From contig CAVPSB010000016.1 in the NCBI GenBank assembly GCA_963708025.1, positions 1-64,000 of the forward strand: a stretch of 64,000 nucleotides of DNA. The letters run 5' to 3'. The notes beneath the pieces were generated by a model, which was not told where the DNA came from, did not search any database, and saw only the letters and a program-made list of their open reading frames with translations. This DNA is from an uncultured Candidatus Rokubacteria bacterium (GTDB lineage Bacteria; Methylomirabilota; Methylomirabilia; Rokubacteriales; DASRDR01). This document shows, one piece after another, positions 30,430 through 39,546 of this stretch. Made by a program: the position numbers and the translations under genes. How positions within the stretch are numbered: position 1 is the stretch's first letter; every line of letters begins with the position of its first letter.

Positions 30430-32142
30430 CTACGGAAGGCGGGCTAGAGTCCGTACGCGAGCGGTGACCTCCTTGCGGAATTGCGATGCAACGAACAGCC
30501 GTCGCTTCCCGTCCACGAAGGTGATCTCCCCAGCTGACGAGAGCGTGTGGAGCCCGAGCGGCCATGGACCGGCCGGGTCCGGTTCGACCACCCGCACCAG
30601 CTCCTCGGCGAACTCGTTAGGAGTCAGCCGCGCCACGCGATTGATGGAGACCGCACCGCCATATGTTCGCGAGCAGTCCTGCGCTGGTCGGTACAGCTGG
30701 CCCTGGTGCACGAAGGGAGTTCCGGCCGGCCGGCTCGAGCGGATGTCGCACTTGATCGGGTTCCTCGCGTGGGGGGTCCACGGACCCATGAGACTCGACG
30801 CATGCCAGGCGTACAGGTTCAGGCTTGCGCCCGCGCGCGCGTTCGTGCACAAGAGCCACCAGCGTCCCTCGTGCTGAAAGACAGTGGGGTCCACCGCGGG
30901 GAAGCCCTTCACCAGCGTCGCTACGGTGACCCAGCGTTCCGGAAACGGCTCTGCTCTGAACAGTCGAATCTCATTGGAGTGATGGACTTCGGGGACGCAG
31001 TAATACGTGCCGTCATGCTCGAAGAGATACGGGTAAGAGATGTGTTCCGGAAGGACGATGATCGGCCGGGGCGGGCTGACCACCTCGTCGGGGGATATCT
31101 GAACCACCGAGATATGGCCGCGCTCGGAGCGGCAGTCGTACTCCTCCACCAGAATGCTCACGTGAGCGTCGCGGCGAAGGCCAAAAGGGTCGGCCAGGTA
31201 GCGATTGCGAGGGCCGACGGGTAGCCACTGGATAACAGGTTTCAGGTCGGTGTCCAGGAATGCGTGGATCGGCAGCCGCACGATCCCGACATTCCACTGC
31301 TCGCGCCATACGAGCGAGTGAAGCTTGCGGCGCGCATAATTCCGCATCTGCTTCAGGATGTACCGGAACATCTGTCGATTCGTTGGAGCGCGGTAGAGGG
31401 GTGCGTTTGAAGCGTTCGGTGGCGCATCGAGATAATCAGCCACGCCCTCCTGAATGTCTCGGCAAACGCGCGCAGGCCAGTCGGCGGCGGCGAACAACGC
31501 CTGATCGCGGTTCTGAGCATATGAATCGTCGATCGTGGAGAAATAGCCTCGGTAGAGTATGCGTCCGCCGTCCAAGCGGTCTGTCAGCCGCTGGAGTACT
31601 GAACCGGTCACGGGATCGTCGTGATAGATCTCCCAGAAGCCCGGCGGTCCGCCTCGGTATCGATCCATGTCGCCGTGATGAAAGGACCAGACGCCGTATC
31701 GGGCCACATCGAGTACCTTGCCTCGGATGATTCCGAAGGCGAAGCGGAGGAGGAAGTCCAGATCGAAACGCCGGATGGCCTCGATGTCCTCATCCGCGAA
31801 GTGCTCCGAATACTTGCCCTCGCGAACGACCGCGCAGCGTAACGTCGGGACCCCCGTCAGTTGCCGGCTGAGATCGATAGGCCGGTGCGCGCCGGAGTGG
31901 CGATCGACGAGGATTCGGCGGTACCGTTCCCAGAGCGAGAGGTTGCCGGATAGGAATCGACGGAGTCGTGAGCCCGGCAGCGGCGCCTCGAAGGGCTGCG
32001 GCGTGGCGTCGATCACGAGCAGCGCAGGCTCGGTGCCGTCCAACTCGAGCAGGTGCCGAATACATTGCGCTTGCCAGGCAGGAAACGTAGTCCCCTGACA
32101 CAGGATCCCGAACCGCAACGGCTTCCGGCCTCCCAGCGACAC
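30430..32142 (-). CDS. Formyltransferase-like domain fused to a GINT1-N/GH43-like beta-propeller (glycan-associated)
   Basis: WSFHHGD..YRGGPPGFWE..LDGG followed by ADPF, HISYPYLF, VDPT, SRPAG, AQDCS.TYG; start uncertain. Confidence 0.72.
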   Translation of the reverse strand: MSLGGRKPLRFGILCQGTTFPAWQAQCIRHLLELDGTEPALLVIDATPQPFEAPLPGSRLRRFLSGNLSLWERYRRILVDRHSGAHRPIDLSRQLTGVPTLRCAVVREGKYSEHFADEDIEAIRRFDLDFLLRFAFGIIRGKVLDVARYGVWSFHHGDMDRYRGGPPGFWEIYHDDPVTGSVLQRLTDRLDGGRILYRGYFSTIDDSYAQNRDQALFAAADWPARVCRDIQEGVADYLDAPPNASNAPLYRAPTNRQMFRYILKQMRNYARRKLHSLVWREQWNVGIVRLPIHAFLDTDLKPVIQWLPVGPRNRYLADPFGLRRDAHVSILVEEYDCRSERGHISVVQISPDEVVSPPRPIIVLPEHISYPYLFEHDGTYYCVPEVHHSNEIRLFRAEPFPERWVTVATLVKGFPAVDPTVFQHEGRWWLLCTNARAGASLNLYAWHASSLMGPWTPHARNPIKCDIRSSRPAGTPFVHQGQLYRPAQDCSRTYGGAVSINRVARLTPNEFAEELVRVVEPDPAGPWPLGLHTLSSAGEITFVDGKRRLFVASQFRKEVTARVRTLARLP

Positions 32143-32700
32143 TAGAGGTGCTCGAGGCGCCTGCGACAGCAGTGGCTGGCCCCGGGCGGCCGCGCTCGTG
32201 TCACCGCCTCTCGGCTGGGGACACGGTCGCCTGCTTGCAGCACGACGGTGTCGTCCGCCCAGGGCGGCCCTCGCGCGTCGCCGGTTCTGCGGCACAGCTC
32301 TGGGGAAGCCCAGGTGCAGACCACTGGCGAACGCATATGGCGGGAGGGCCGCTCTCCATCCCCAGGGCCCAGTCCCCCGAGGCTGGGAGGGTGAACTCCA
32401 AATCACGAGGCTTCTCGGAAAGGTCGCGAATGTCAGGCTCGACCTGTCATGACGCAAACGCCATGCCCAGCGTCGCCCTTTCTTCGATTGTCTCTGCACT
32501 CGTCGGCTCTGGCGGCCTTTCCGACCGCTCCGGCACCTCGCCTACCGGGATCCCTGTGAACGGCGCTGCCGCTCTTGGATAACGGCGGTCAACGGCCTGA
32601 GGACGGGCGTGCTCACTCGCTGCCGGACACCCCCTGCCCGCCCCCTCCGCCGGCCCCCGCGTAGCCCGACCTGGCTCCAGGGCGTCCGACCGGTGCCCAT

Positions 32701-33264
32701 CTACCGCCGCGGCATCCGGCGCTGCGCCTGGATCCGCCGCCGCGGCAACGGCGATCCGTTCGCTGCGAAGGCCCTGACCTCGATGTAGTGCTGCACACCG
32801 AACGTCTGGTCCGTACGATGCGCTACCGTCGTCTCGATCCGAACGGGCGGCAGGTCGAAGCGTGGCATCTTGAACTCGACGGCGATCCCGCATTCCGGAC
32901 AGGTCTCGGTCACGGGCCCGATCTGCTGGAGAACCGGAGTCGGCTCCGACCCGAGATTCAACTGTCGGATGTCCGGGCCGAGCACGGCAGGCCGCTGTAT
33001 GGGATACACCCAGGCGACCGGCTTCCGCTGCCGGCGATCCGTCTCGCGACGCTCGGTGGCCGGCGCCGCGCCGCCCTGCCGACGCTCGGCGCGCCGCTGG
33101 TCGAGGACCACGACGACCCCCGCGCCCGCGAACCGCTGGCGGAACACCGCGGCGAGCTCAGGATCCTGCACGACGATGAGCCAGCGCGCCCCCGTCGAAT
33201 TCGACACGTCGCTCTTCCTCGCTCCCGCCCTCCCGCCTGGCCCGGATTCGACGTCACCAGCCAT
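32701..33264 (-). CDS. Hypothetical protein with DRR/ERR repeats and a CxxC
   Basis: 'VVLDQRRAERRQ...ERRETDRRQ', CPEC; plausible codon usage. Confidence 0.55.
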   Translation of the reverse strand: MAGDVESGPGGRAGARKSDVSNSTGARWLIVVQDPELAAVFRQRFAGAGVVVVLDQRRAERRQGGAAPATERRETDRRQRKPVAWVYPIQRPAVLGPDIRQLNLGSEPTPVLQQIGPVTETCPECGIAVEFKMPRFDLPPVRIETTVAHRTDQTFGVQHYIEVRAFAANGSPLPRRRIQAQRRMPRR

Positions 33265-33397
33265 GTCGCGAGCATAGCCTATCAGGCCCCGCCAGTCTCC
33301 GCACGTTTCTGCGCACGTTTCCTGCGGACAGGCCACGTCCCGTGATCGTGGGCCAGGCCGACATCGTGGGAGTGGCATCTGATAAGATCAGAGCCTG

Positions 33398-34273
33398 ATG
33401 TCGCAGCTCAGCGCCAAGGCACGCGCGCGCCTGCCGAACACCGCCTTCGCCTACGTGGACTCGAAGGGTCAGCGACGCCTGCCCATCCACGACGAGCCCC
33501 ACGTCCGTAACGCGCTGGCCCGCTTCAACCAGATCAAGTTCGAGGATGACGCGGCCCGCGAGCGGGCTCGCAAGCGGCTGCTGACCGCGGCCAAGAAGCA
33601 CGGACTCGTGCCGATCGGGTTCATCACCGGGCAGCTCACGACCGAGCGGCTACAGGGCGAATCCAGGGCGCGCGCCGCCGTCGCCCACGATCTGCCGACG
33701 GGTCAGGTCACCTTCCTCCTGACCGATATCGAGGATTCCACCGGCCTCCTCCGCCGGCTGGGCGATGGGTACGCCGACCTGCTCGGCGATGTGCGCCGCC
33801 TCCTGCGTCGGGCCGTGCAACGGTCGGGCGGCAGGGAGGTCGACGTTCGCGCCGACGAGCTGTTCGCCGTCTTCAAGCGGCCGGCCGGTGCACTCGATGC
33901 GGCGCTGGCGATGCAGCGGAGCGTCGGGTCACGGGCATGGCCGGACGGGGCCAGGGTGCGAGTCAGGATCGGCATCCACACCGGCCGTCCGACACTGACC
34001 GACAGCGGCTACGTGGGTCTGGCGGTGCACGCTGCCGCCCGCATCTGCGCCGCCGGCCATGGCGGTCAGATCCTTCTCTCGGAAGCCACGGTACGAGCCG
34101 TCGAGGCATCGGTTCCGGTGGGCGTCGGCTTCCGCGCGCTGGGCGATCACCGGCTCCATGGGCTGCCGGAGCCCGAGGCGTTGTTCCAGCTGGAGGCGCC
34201 GGACCTCCCGGCGAGGTTCCCGCCGCCGCGAACCGCCACCAGGTCATCTCGCCGATCGACCGCCGAAGGTTGA
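33398..34273 (+). CDS. DUF6582-like N-terminal domain fused to a class III adenylate/guanylate cyclase
   Basis: N-term 'LPNTAFAY...LPIHDEPHVRNALARFNQ'; cyclase TFLLTDIEDST, ADELF, RIGIHTG, YVGLAVHAAARI. Confidence 0.82.
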   Translation: MSQLSAKARARLPNTAFAYVDSKGQRRLPIHDEPHVRNALARFNQIKFEDDAARERARKRLLTAAKKHGLVPIGFITGQLTTERLQGESRARAAVAHDLPTGQVTFLLTDIEDSTGLLRRLGDGYADLLGDVRRLLRRAVQRSGGREVDVRADELFAVFKRPAGALDAALAMQRSVGSRAWPDGARVRVRIGIHTGRPTLTDSGYVGLAVHAAARICAAGHGGQILLSEATVRAVEASVPVGVGFRALGDHRLHGLPEPEALFQLEAPDLPARFPPPRTATRSSRRSTAEG

Positions 34274-34328
34274 ACCTATCTAGCGCATAGCCAGTGCGAA
34301 GCGCGCGGGACGCAGATTCCCGTCAGTG

Positions 34329-34595
34329 CTACTGGACGCCGGCTTCGAGCTTCAGCTCGTCGACTTTCGCCATCCGGCCGTGGATCGGCAGCACGGTCTG
34401 AACGTCGAGCTTGAGCCGCTCGATGTTCTCCCACAAGTTCTTCGTGGACGGATTGATGCGCGGCGTCTGGGTGATGGACGTGCGGGCGCGGAACCCGTCG
34501 GCCACGATCAGGATCTTCTCCTTCGGCAAGTAGCCGATGACGAAGCCGTCGGCGTGCACGTTGTCCCGCAGGACGTGCACTTGGATCGGCTCGGT
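34329..34595 (-). pseudogene. C-terminal fragment of an MBL-fold metallohydrolase
   Basis: 'HADGFVIGYLPKEKILIVAD...LPIHG'; no N-terminal part upstream. Confidence 0.65.
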
Positions 34596-34884
34596 GTTCG
34601 TCCCGCTCTTCGGCGTGCTGGCGGCCGACTACCTCGGCGTCCGGGGCCGCTACGAGCCGGCCCAGCTCCTGCGACCGGCCGAGGGGGTGAGCTGGCCGGG
34701 GGCTCACCGCGTGGGGGCTGGGGATCCTGACCTACCTCGCGATCGCCGGGAAGCTCGCCGTGGTGGGGCTGCCGGGCCTGCCGGCCCTCGGCGCCTCACT
34801 CCCGAGCCCCTCGTGGCCGGGCTGGCGTCCCTGGCCCTGAATCGACGGGCCCCGCGGCCGGAACCGTCGGCTCCGGCGCCTTGA
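34582..34884 (+). pseudogene. C-terminal fragment of an NCS1/CytX-like purine-cytosine permease
   Basis: 'IGSVFVPLFGVLAADY' and 'LGASLPS'; frameshifted; 5' part absent. Confidence 0.6.
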
Positions 34885-34909
34885 CCAGGCGGAGAGAGAC
34901 GGCGGACCG

Positions 34910-36002
34910 TCAGCCGGACACCGGGCTCTGGGGATAGACGCGGAGGCGCTCCCGCGGCAGGACGATCGACAGGGTGTGACCCTCGGCGAGCCCGAAGCGG
35001 CGGACCACCTCGACCGACACGTCGGCCCGCAGCCTGACCTTGTCCGTCCCGCCGCCAACGAGATCGGCGCGGAAGAACGAGCCGAGGAAGGCGAGGCTGT
35101 CGATGCGCGCCGGCAGCGCGTTCTCCTCGCCCCCCTGGACCCCGTGAACGCCGATGTCCTCGGGGCGGATGGCGACGGTCACCCGGGTCCCCGGCGGGTA
35201 GCCGTCGGCCTCGCAGGCCAGCTCCAGCTCACCGCAGCGCACGGTGCCGGGCCGGATGACGGTGCCCGCGACGAAGTTCATGAGCCCGATGAAGTCGGCG
35301 ACGAAGGGGGAGCGCGGCTCGCGGTAGATCTCGAGCGGGCTGCCGATCTGCTCGATCCGGCCCTGGTTCATCACCACGATGCGGTCGGCCATCGTGAGCG
35401 CCTCCTCCTGGTCGTGCGTCACCATGATGGTGGTGACCCGGAGCCGTCGCTGGAGCTGCTTGATCTCGTGGCGGAGGTACACCCGCACCTTGGCGTCGAG
35501 GGCGGACAGCGGCTCGTCGAGCAGGAGGAGGCCGGGCGAGGTGGCCAGGGCGCGGGCCAGCGCCACCCGCTGCTGCTGGCCGCCGGAGAGCTGGGCGGGG
35601 TACTTCGCCGCGTGCTCCTGGAGCGAGACCAGCTCCAGCAGCTCCTGCACCCGCCGGGCGACGTCGGCCCGCCGGGCCTTCTTGTTCTCCAGGCCGTAGG
35701 CGACGTTCTTCCACACGGTCAGGTTCGGGAACAGGGCGTAGGACTGGAAGACGATGCCAAAGTCGCGCTCGGTCGGCGGCAGGGCCGAGATGTCGCGGCC
35801 GGCCTGCTCGATCCGGCCGCTCGTCTGGATGTCGAGGCCGGCGATGGCCCGGAGCAGGGTGGTCTTGCCGCAGCCGGACGGGCCGAGGAAGCAGACGAAC
35901 TCGCCCGGGTAGACCTCCAGCGAGATGCGGTCGAGGGCGGTGAACCCGCCGAACTGCTTGCTGAGGTGCTGAATCCTCAGATAAGGGGGTCAGGCCTTTC
36001 AA
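34910..36002 (-). CDS. ABC transporter ATP-binding protein, putative 2-aminoethylphosphonate (PhnT-like); start ambiguous
   Basis: GPSGCGKT, LSGGQQQR, LLLDEP; frame open back to 35989; probable TTG start inside a palindrome with a 1-nt homopolymer shift. Confidence 0.85.
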
Positions 36003-36064
36003 TCTTTCACTCGATAGCCCGACAGCGGGCCCCGCCCGCACGCCTGATTGAAAGGCCTGACCCC
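35986..36064. repeat. REP-like palindrome with 19-bp perfect arms (family C)
   Basis: GGGGTCAGGCCTTTCAATC (35986-36004) and GATTGAAAGGCCTGACCCC (36046-36064), with an inner GCGGGC/GCCCGC hairpin. Confidence 0.85.
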
Positions 36065-36067
36065 GCC

Positions 36068-37108
36068 TTACTTCTTCGGTTCCGACTTCATGTCGTAGCG
36101 CTTCTGCCACTCGGCGAGGATGCGGGCCCGGTTGGTGGCGGCCCACTGGAAGTCGTTCTTGGCCATGTGCTGCAGCATGTTGGCGGGCAGGAACTCGATC
36201 GGCTGGGACATCTTCGCGATGGCAACGACCGCGTAGCCCTCGTTGTAGAGCTTCAGGGCCTTGTCGGTGATCGTCCAGTCGACGAACGTCTTGGCCGTCT
36301 CGAGGTTCTTGGTGCCCTTGACGATGGCGGTCGCCTCCATGTCCCACCCGGAGCCTTCCGTGGGGAAGACGATGTCGAGCGGCGCCCCCTGCTTCTTCAT
36401 CCGGGCCGCCCGGAACTCGAAGGAGACCCCGATCGGGTACTCGCCCGCCCCCGCCATCGTGCAGGGCTTGGAGCCGGAGTGCGTGTAGACCGCGACGTTC
36501 TCGTGGAGCGCGTCCATGAACTTCCAGCCCTCGGGCTCGCCGAAGATCTGGAGCCAGCTCGAGACGTCGAGGAAGCCGGTGCCCGACGAGGCCGGGTTGG
36601 GCATGACGATCGTCCCCTTGTAGACGGGCTTGGTCAGGTCCTTCCAGGAGGCGGGCTTGGGCAGGTTCTTCTTCTGGGCCTCGACCGTGTTGAAGCAGAT
36701 GGCGGCGACCCAGGCGTCCATGCCGACCCAGGCCGGCGGATTGTCCTTGTCGCGGAACTGCGCGTCGAGCCGCTCCAGGCCCTTGGGGGCGTAGGGAAGC
36801 AGCATCCCCTCGGGCTTGAGCACGAGCAGGCTCGTCGCGGCCAGACCCCAGATGACGTCCGCCTGCGGATTGGCCTTCTCGGCCAGGAGCTTCGCGGTCA
36901 CGACGCCGGTCGAGTCACGGACCCACTTGATCTCGATGTCGGGGTTGTCCTCGTTGAACCGCGCCGCGTATTTCTTGAGGTCGTCGGCCTCGATCGCGGT
37001 GTAGACCGTCAGGGTCGTCTTCGCCATCGCGCCGCCGGCGACGAGGCCGACCACAGCGACGGCGCCGAGCAGGAATGCACTCAGCCTCACGAAGCTCCGT
37101 TTGGTCAT
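36068..37108 (-). CDS. Putative 2-aminoethylphosphonate ABC transporter substrate-binding protein (PhnS-like)
   Basis: Signal peptide; 'WVRDSTG.VTAKLLAEKANPQAD', MPNPASSGTG, YTHSGSKPC. Confidence 0.85.
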   Translation of the reverse strand: MTKRSFVRLSAFLLGAVAVVGLVAGGAMAKTTLTVYTAIEADDLKKYAARFNEDNPDIEIKWVRDSTGVVTAKLLAEKANPQADVIWGLAATSLLVLKPEGMLLPYAPKGLERLDAQFRDKDNPPAWVGMDAWVAAICFNTVEAQKKNLPKPASWKDLTKPVYKGTIVMPNPASSGTGFLDVSSWLQIFGEPEGWKFMDALHENVAVYTHSGSKPCTMAGAGEYPIGVSFEFRAARMKKQGAPLDIVFPTEGSGWDMEATAIVKGTKNLETAKTFVDWTITDKALKLYNEGYAVVAIAKMSQPIEFLPANMLQHMAKNDFQWAATNRARILAEWQKRYDMKSEPKK

Positions 37109-37234
37109 CGCATCCTCCCTGGAAGAAGGGTCGGGGCGGGTCCGGTATGGCGGAAGCATAGAGCCCCCGGCCGCCGCGCGCAAGCGGGAAAAGCACTGTA
37201 ATCGGGCCTTCATGGGCCCGTGATCCGGCCGTAA

Positions 37235-38017
37235 CTACTGGGCGATGAACCCCCCGTCCACGACCAGCTCGGTGCCGGTCACGAACGAGGACTCGTCGGA
37301 GGCGAGGAAGAGGGCGGCGAAGGCGATCTCCCGGGGCTGGGCGATCCGGCCGAGCGGGATCCCGCTCCTGAACTCCTTCCGTAGCTCGTCGGTGAGGTAC
37401 GGTGCCTGGAGCGGCGTGTCCACGATCCCGGGGTGGATGATGTTGCAGCGGATCCGGTCCTGGCCAAACTGGATCGCCAGCGACTTGGTCAGGGAGATCA
37501 GGCCCCCCTTGGCCGCGGTGTAGGCGTCCTGGGCCCGGGTGAAGCCGGCCAGGGCCGAGACCGACCCGACGTTGACGATGGACCCCCCGCCGGCCCGCCT
37601 CAGGTGCGGGATGCCGTGCTTGGTCACCCAGAAGACCGACTTGAGGTTGATGGCCATCACCCGGTTCCACTGGGTGTCGTCGGTCTCGAGGACGGAGCGG
37701 TCGCGGTCCTTCCAGAGGACGCCGGCGTTGTTGTAGAGGATGTGCAGCCCGCCGAAGCGGCGGACCGTCTCGGCGATCATCCGCTCGACGTCGGCTTCGA
37801 CCGCCACGTCGCCGGCGACCGCGACGGCCTGGCCCCCGGCCTTCTCCACGAGGGCCACGGTCTCCTCGGCGGCGGCCTTGTCGATGTCGGCCACGCCGAT
37901 CCTCGCCCCGTGCCGCGCGAAGAGGATCGAGGCCTCGCGGCCCATGCCCATCCCGGCCCCGGTGATGAACGCCACCTTGCCGGCCAGTCGCGGTCCCAGC
38001 CCCGCCTCGTCGCTCAT
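37235..38017 (-). CDS. Short-chain dehydrogenase/reductase
   Basis: TGAGMGMG, NNAG, YTAAK. Confidence 0.92.
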   Translation of the reverse strand: MSDEAGLGPRLAGKVAFITGAGMGMGREASILFARHGARIGVADIDKAAAEETVALVEKAGGQAVAVAGDVAVEADVERMIAETVRRFGGLHILYNNAGVLWKDRDRSVLETDDTQWNRVMAINLKSVFWVTKHGIPHLRRAGGGSIVNVGSVSALAGFTRAQDAYTAAKGGLISLTKSLAIQFGQDRIRCNIIHPGIVDTPLQAPYLTDELRKEFRSGIPLGRIAQPREIAFAALFLASDESSFVTGTELVVDGGFIAQ

Positions 38018-38038
38018 GACCCTACCCCTCGGCATCAG

Positions 38039-38160
38039 CGCCGGGCCGAGAACCGAGCAGCCCTAGGACGCAGGGAGTCGCCCACCGCAGGCGTATGCCG
38101 CATACGCCGAGGATGGGCGACGACCGAGGACGACGGGATGCGAAGGTTATCGGCACGGCG
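38039..38160 (-). repeat. Dispersed structured hairpin element family A, copy 2 (122 bp)
   Basis: Reverse-complement homolog of 3323-3444 with compensatory changes. Confidence 0.9.
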
Positions 38161-38161
38161 C

Positions 38162-39526
38162 TCAGATCCGCTCGAAGTTGCGGGTCAGCTCCCAGCAGGT
38201 GACGGCCTGGTCGAAGGCCTGCTGCTCGAGGCGCGCGGTGTGGAGGTAGTGCTCCACCACCTCCTCGCCGAAGGCGTCCCGCGCCACCCGCGACACCGCC
38301 AGCCCCTCGATCGCCTCGCGGAGCGTCTTCGGCACCTGGGGCAGGCTGGCGTCCTCGTAGGCGTTCCCCTCGTAGACCGCCGGGGGCTTCAGCTTCTTGC
38401 CGAGGCCGTGGAGGCCCGCCGCGATCGTCGCCGCGAAGGCCAGGTAGGGGTTGGCGTCGGCCCCGGGGATCCGGTTCTCCACCCGGAAGCCGCTCCCCTC
38501 GCCGCAGAGCCGGAAGCCGCAGGTCCGGTTGTCCCAGCCCGCCACGATGCGGGTGGGAGCGAACGAGCCGGCCTGGTAGCGCTTGTAGGAGTTGACGTAG
38601 GGCGCGTAGAAGTACGAGAGCTCCCGGGCCATCGCCATCTGGCCGGCCAGCCAGTGGCCGAACAGCGGCGAGCCCATCCGCTTCCCGCGCTCGAAGAAGA
38701 GGTTCCGCTTCCCCGCCGGGTCCCACAGGCTCGAGTGGAGGTGGAACGAGGAGCCGGCCGCGCCCATGTCGTACTTGGCCATGAACGTGACCGACCGGTC
38801 CTGGGCATGGGCGATCTCCTTCACCCCGTGCTTGTAGAGCGTGTGGCGGTCCGCCATCTCGAGCGCCTCGGCGTACCGGAGGTTGATCTCCTCCTGGCCG
38901 CAGCCCCACTCCCCCTTGGAGAACTCGACCGGCACCGCGGCGCCTTCCATCCCGTTCCGGATGGCGCGGACCAGGTCCTCCTCCTTCGTCGTCTGCAGGA
39001 TGTGGTAATCCTCCAGGTACTGGGACACCGGGGTCAGGTCGTGGTAGCGCTTGGTCCGGGCCTCGGCGAAGGACTCCTTGAAGAGGTACAGCTCGAGCTC
39101 GGAGGCGACCATCACGCGGTAGCCCGCCTTCCGGGCGCGCTCGATCTGGCCCTTCAGCACCCAGCGCGGGCTGACCGCGATCGGCTCGCCCTCCTCGGTG
39201 TAGAGGTCACAGAAGACGAGCGCCGTCTTCGTCAGCCACGGGATCCGCCGGAGCGTCGCCAGGTCGGGGACCGCCTTCATGTCCTGGTAGCCGGTCGCCC
39301 ACGACGCGAACTTGTAGCCGGGCAAGGGCTCCATGTCGACGTCGACCGTCAGGAGGTAGGCGCAGGCGTGCACGCCCTCCCCGGCGATGTGCTCGACGAA
39401 GTGGCGGCCGACGACCCGCTTCCCCATCAGGCGTCCCTGCACGTCGGGGAACACGGTGAGGACGGTGTCGATCTCGTCCTGGCGGACGAGCGCGGTCAGC
39501 TCCTTGAGATCGAGGTTCCCGGCCAT
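38162..39526 (-). CDS. Glutamine synthetase-family protein (gamma-glutamyl-amine ligase-like)
   Basis: DVQGRLMGK, ELELYLF, GSSFHLHSS, DNRTCGFR, ENRIPGADANPY. Confidence 0.9.
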   Translation of the reverse strand: MAGNLDLKELTALVRQDEIDTVLTVFPDVQGRLMGKRVVGRHFVEHIAGEGVHACAYLLTVDVDMEPLPGYKFASWATGYQDMKAVPDLATLRRIPWLTKTALVFCDLYTEEGEPIAVSPRWVLKGQIERARKAGYRVMVASELELYLFKESFAEARTKRYHDLTPVSQYLEDYHILQTTKEEDLVRAIRNGMEGAAVPVEFSKGEWGCGQEEINLRYAEALEMADRHTLYKHGVKEIAHAQDRSVTFMAKYDMGAAGSSFHLHSSLWDPAGKRNLFFERGKRMGSPLFGHWLAGQMAMARELSYFYAPYVNSYKRYQAGSFAPTRIVAGWDNRTCGFRLCGEGSGFRVENRIPGADANPYLAFAATIAAGLHGLGKKLKPPAVYEGNAYEDASLPQVPKTLREAIEGLAVSRVARDAFGEEVVEHYLHTARLEQQAFDQAVTCWELTRNFERI

Positions 39527-39546
39527 GGGCCTCTCGGCGGCCAGTC

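Noticed and set aside
33398-34273. Cyclase as a Pycsar/CBASS-type defence system
   Set aside because: No adjacent effector (TIR, TM, nuclease) gene; motifs resemble ordinary class III cyclases
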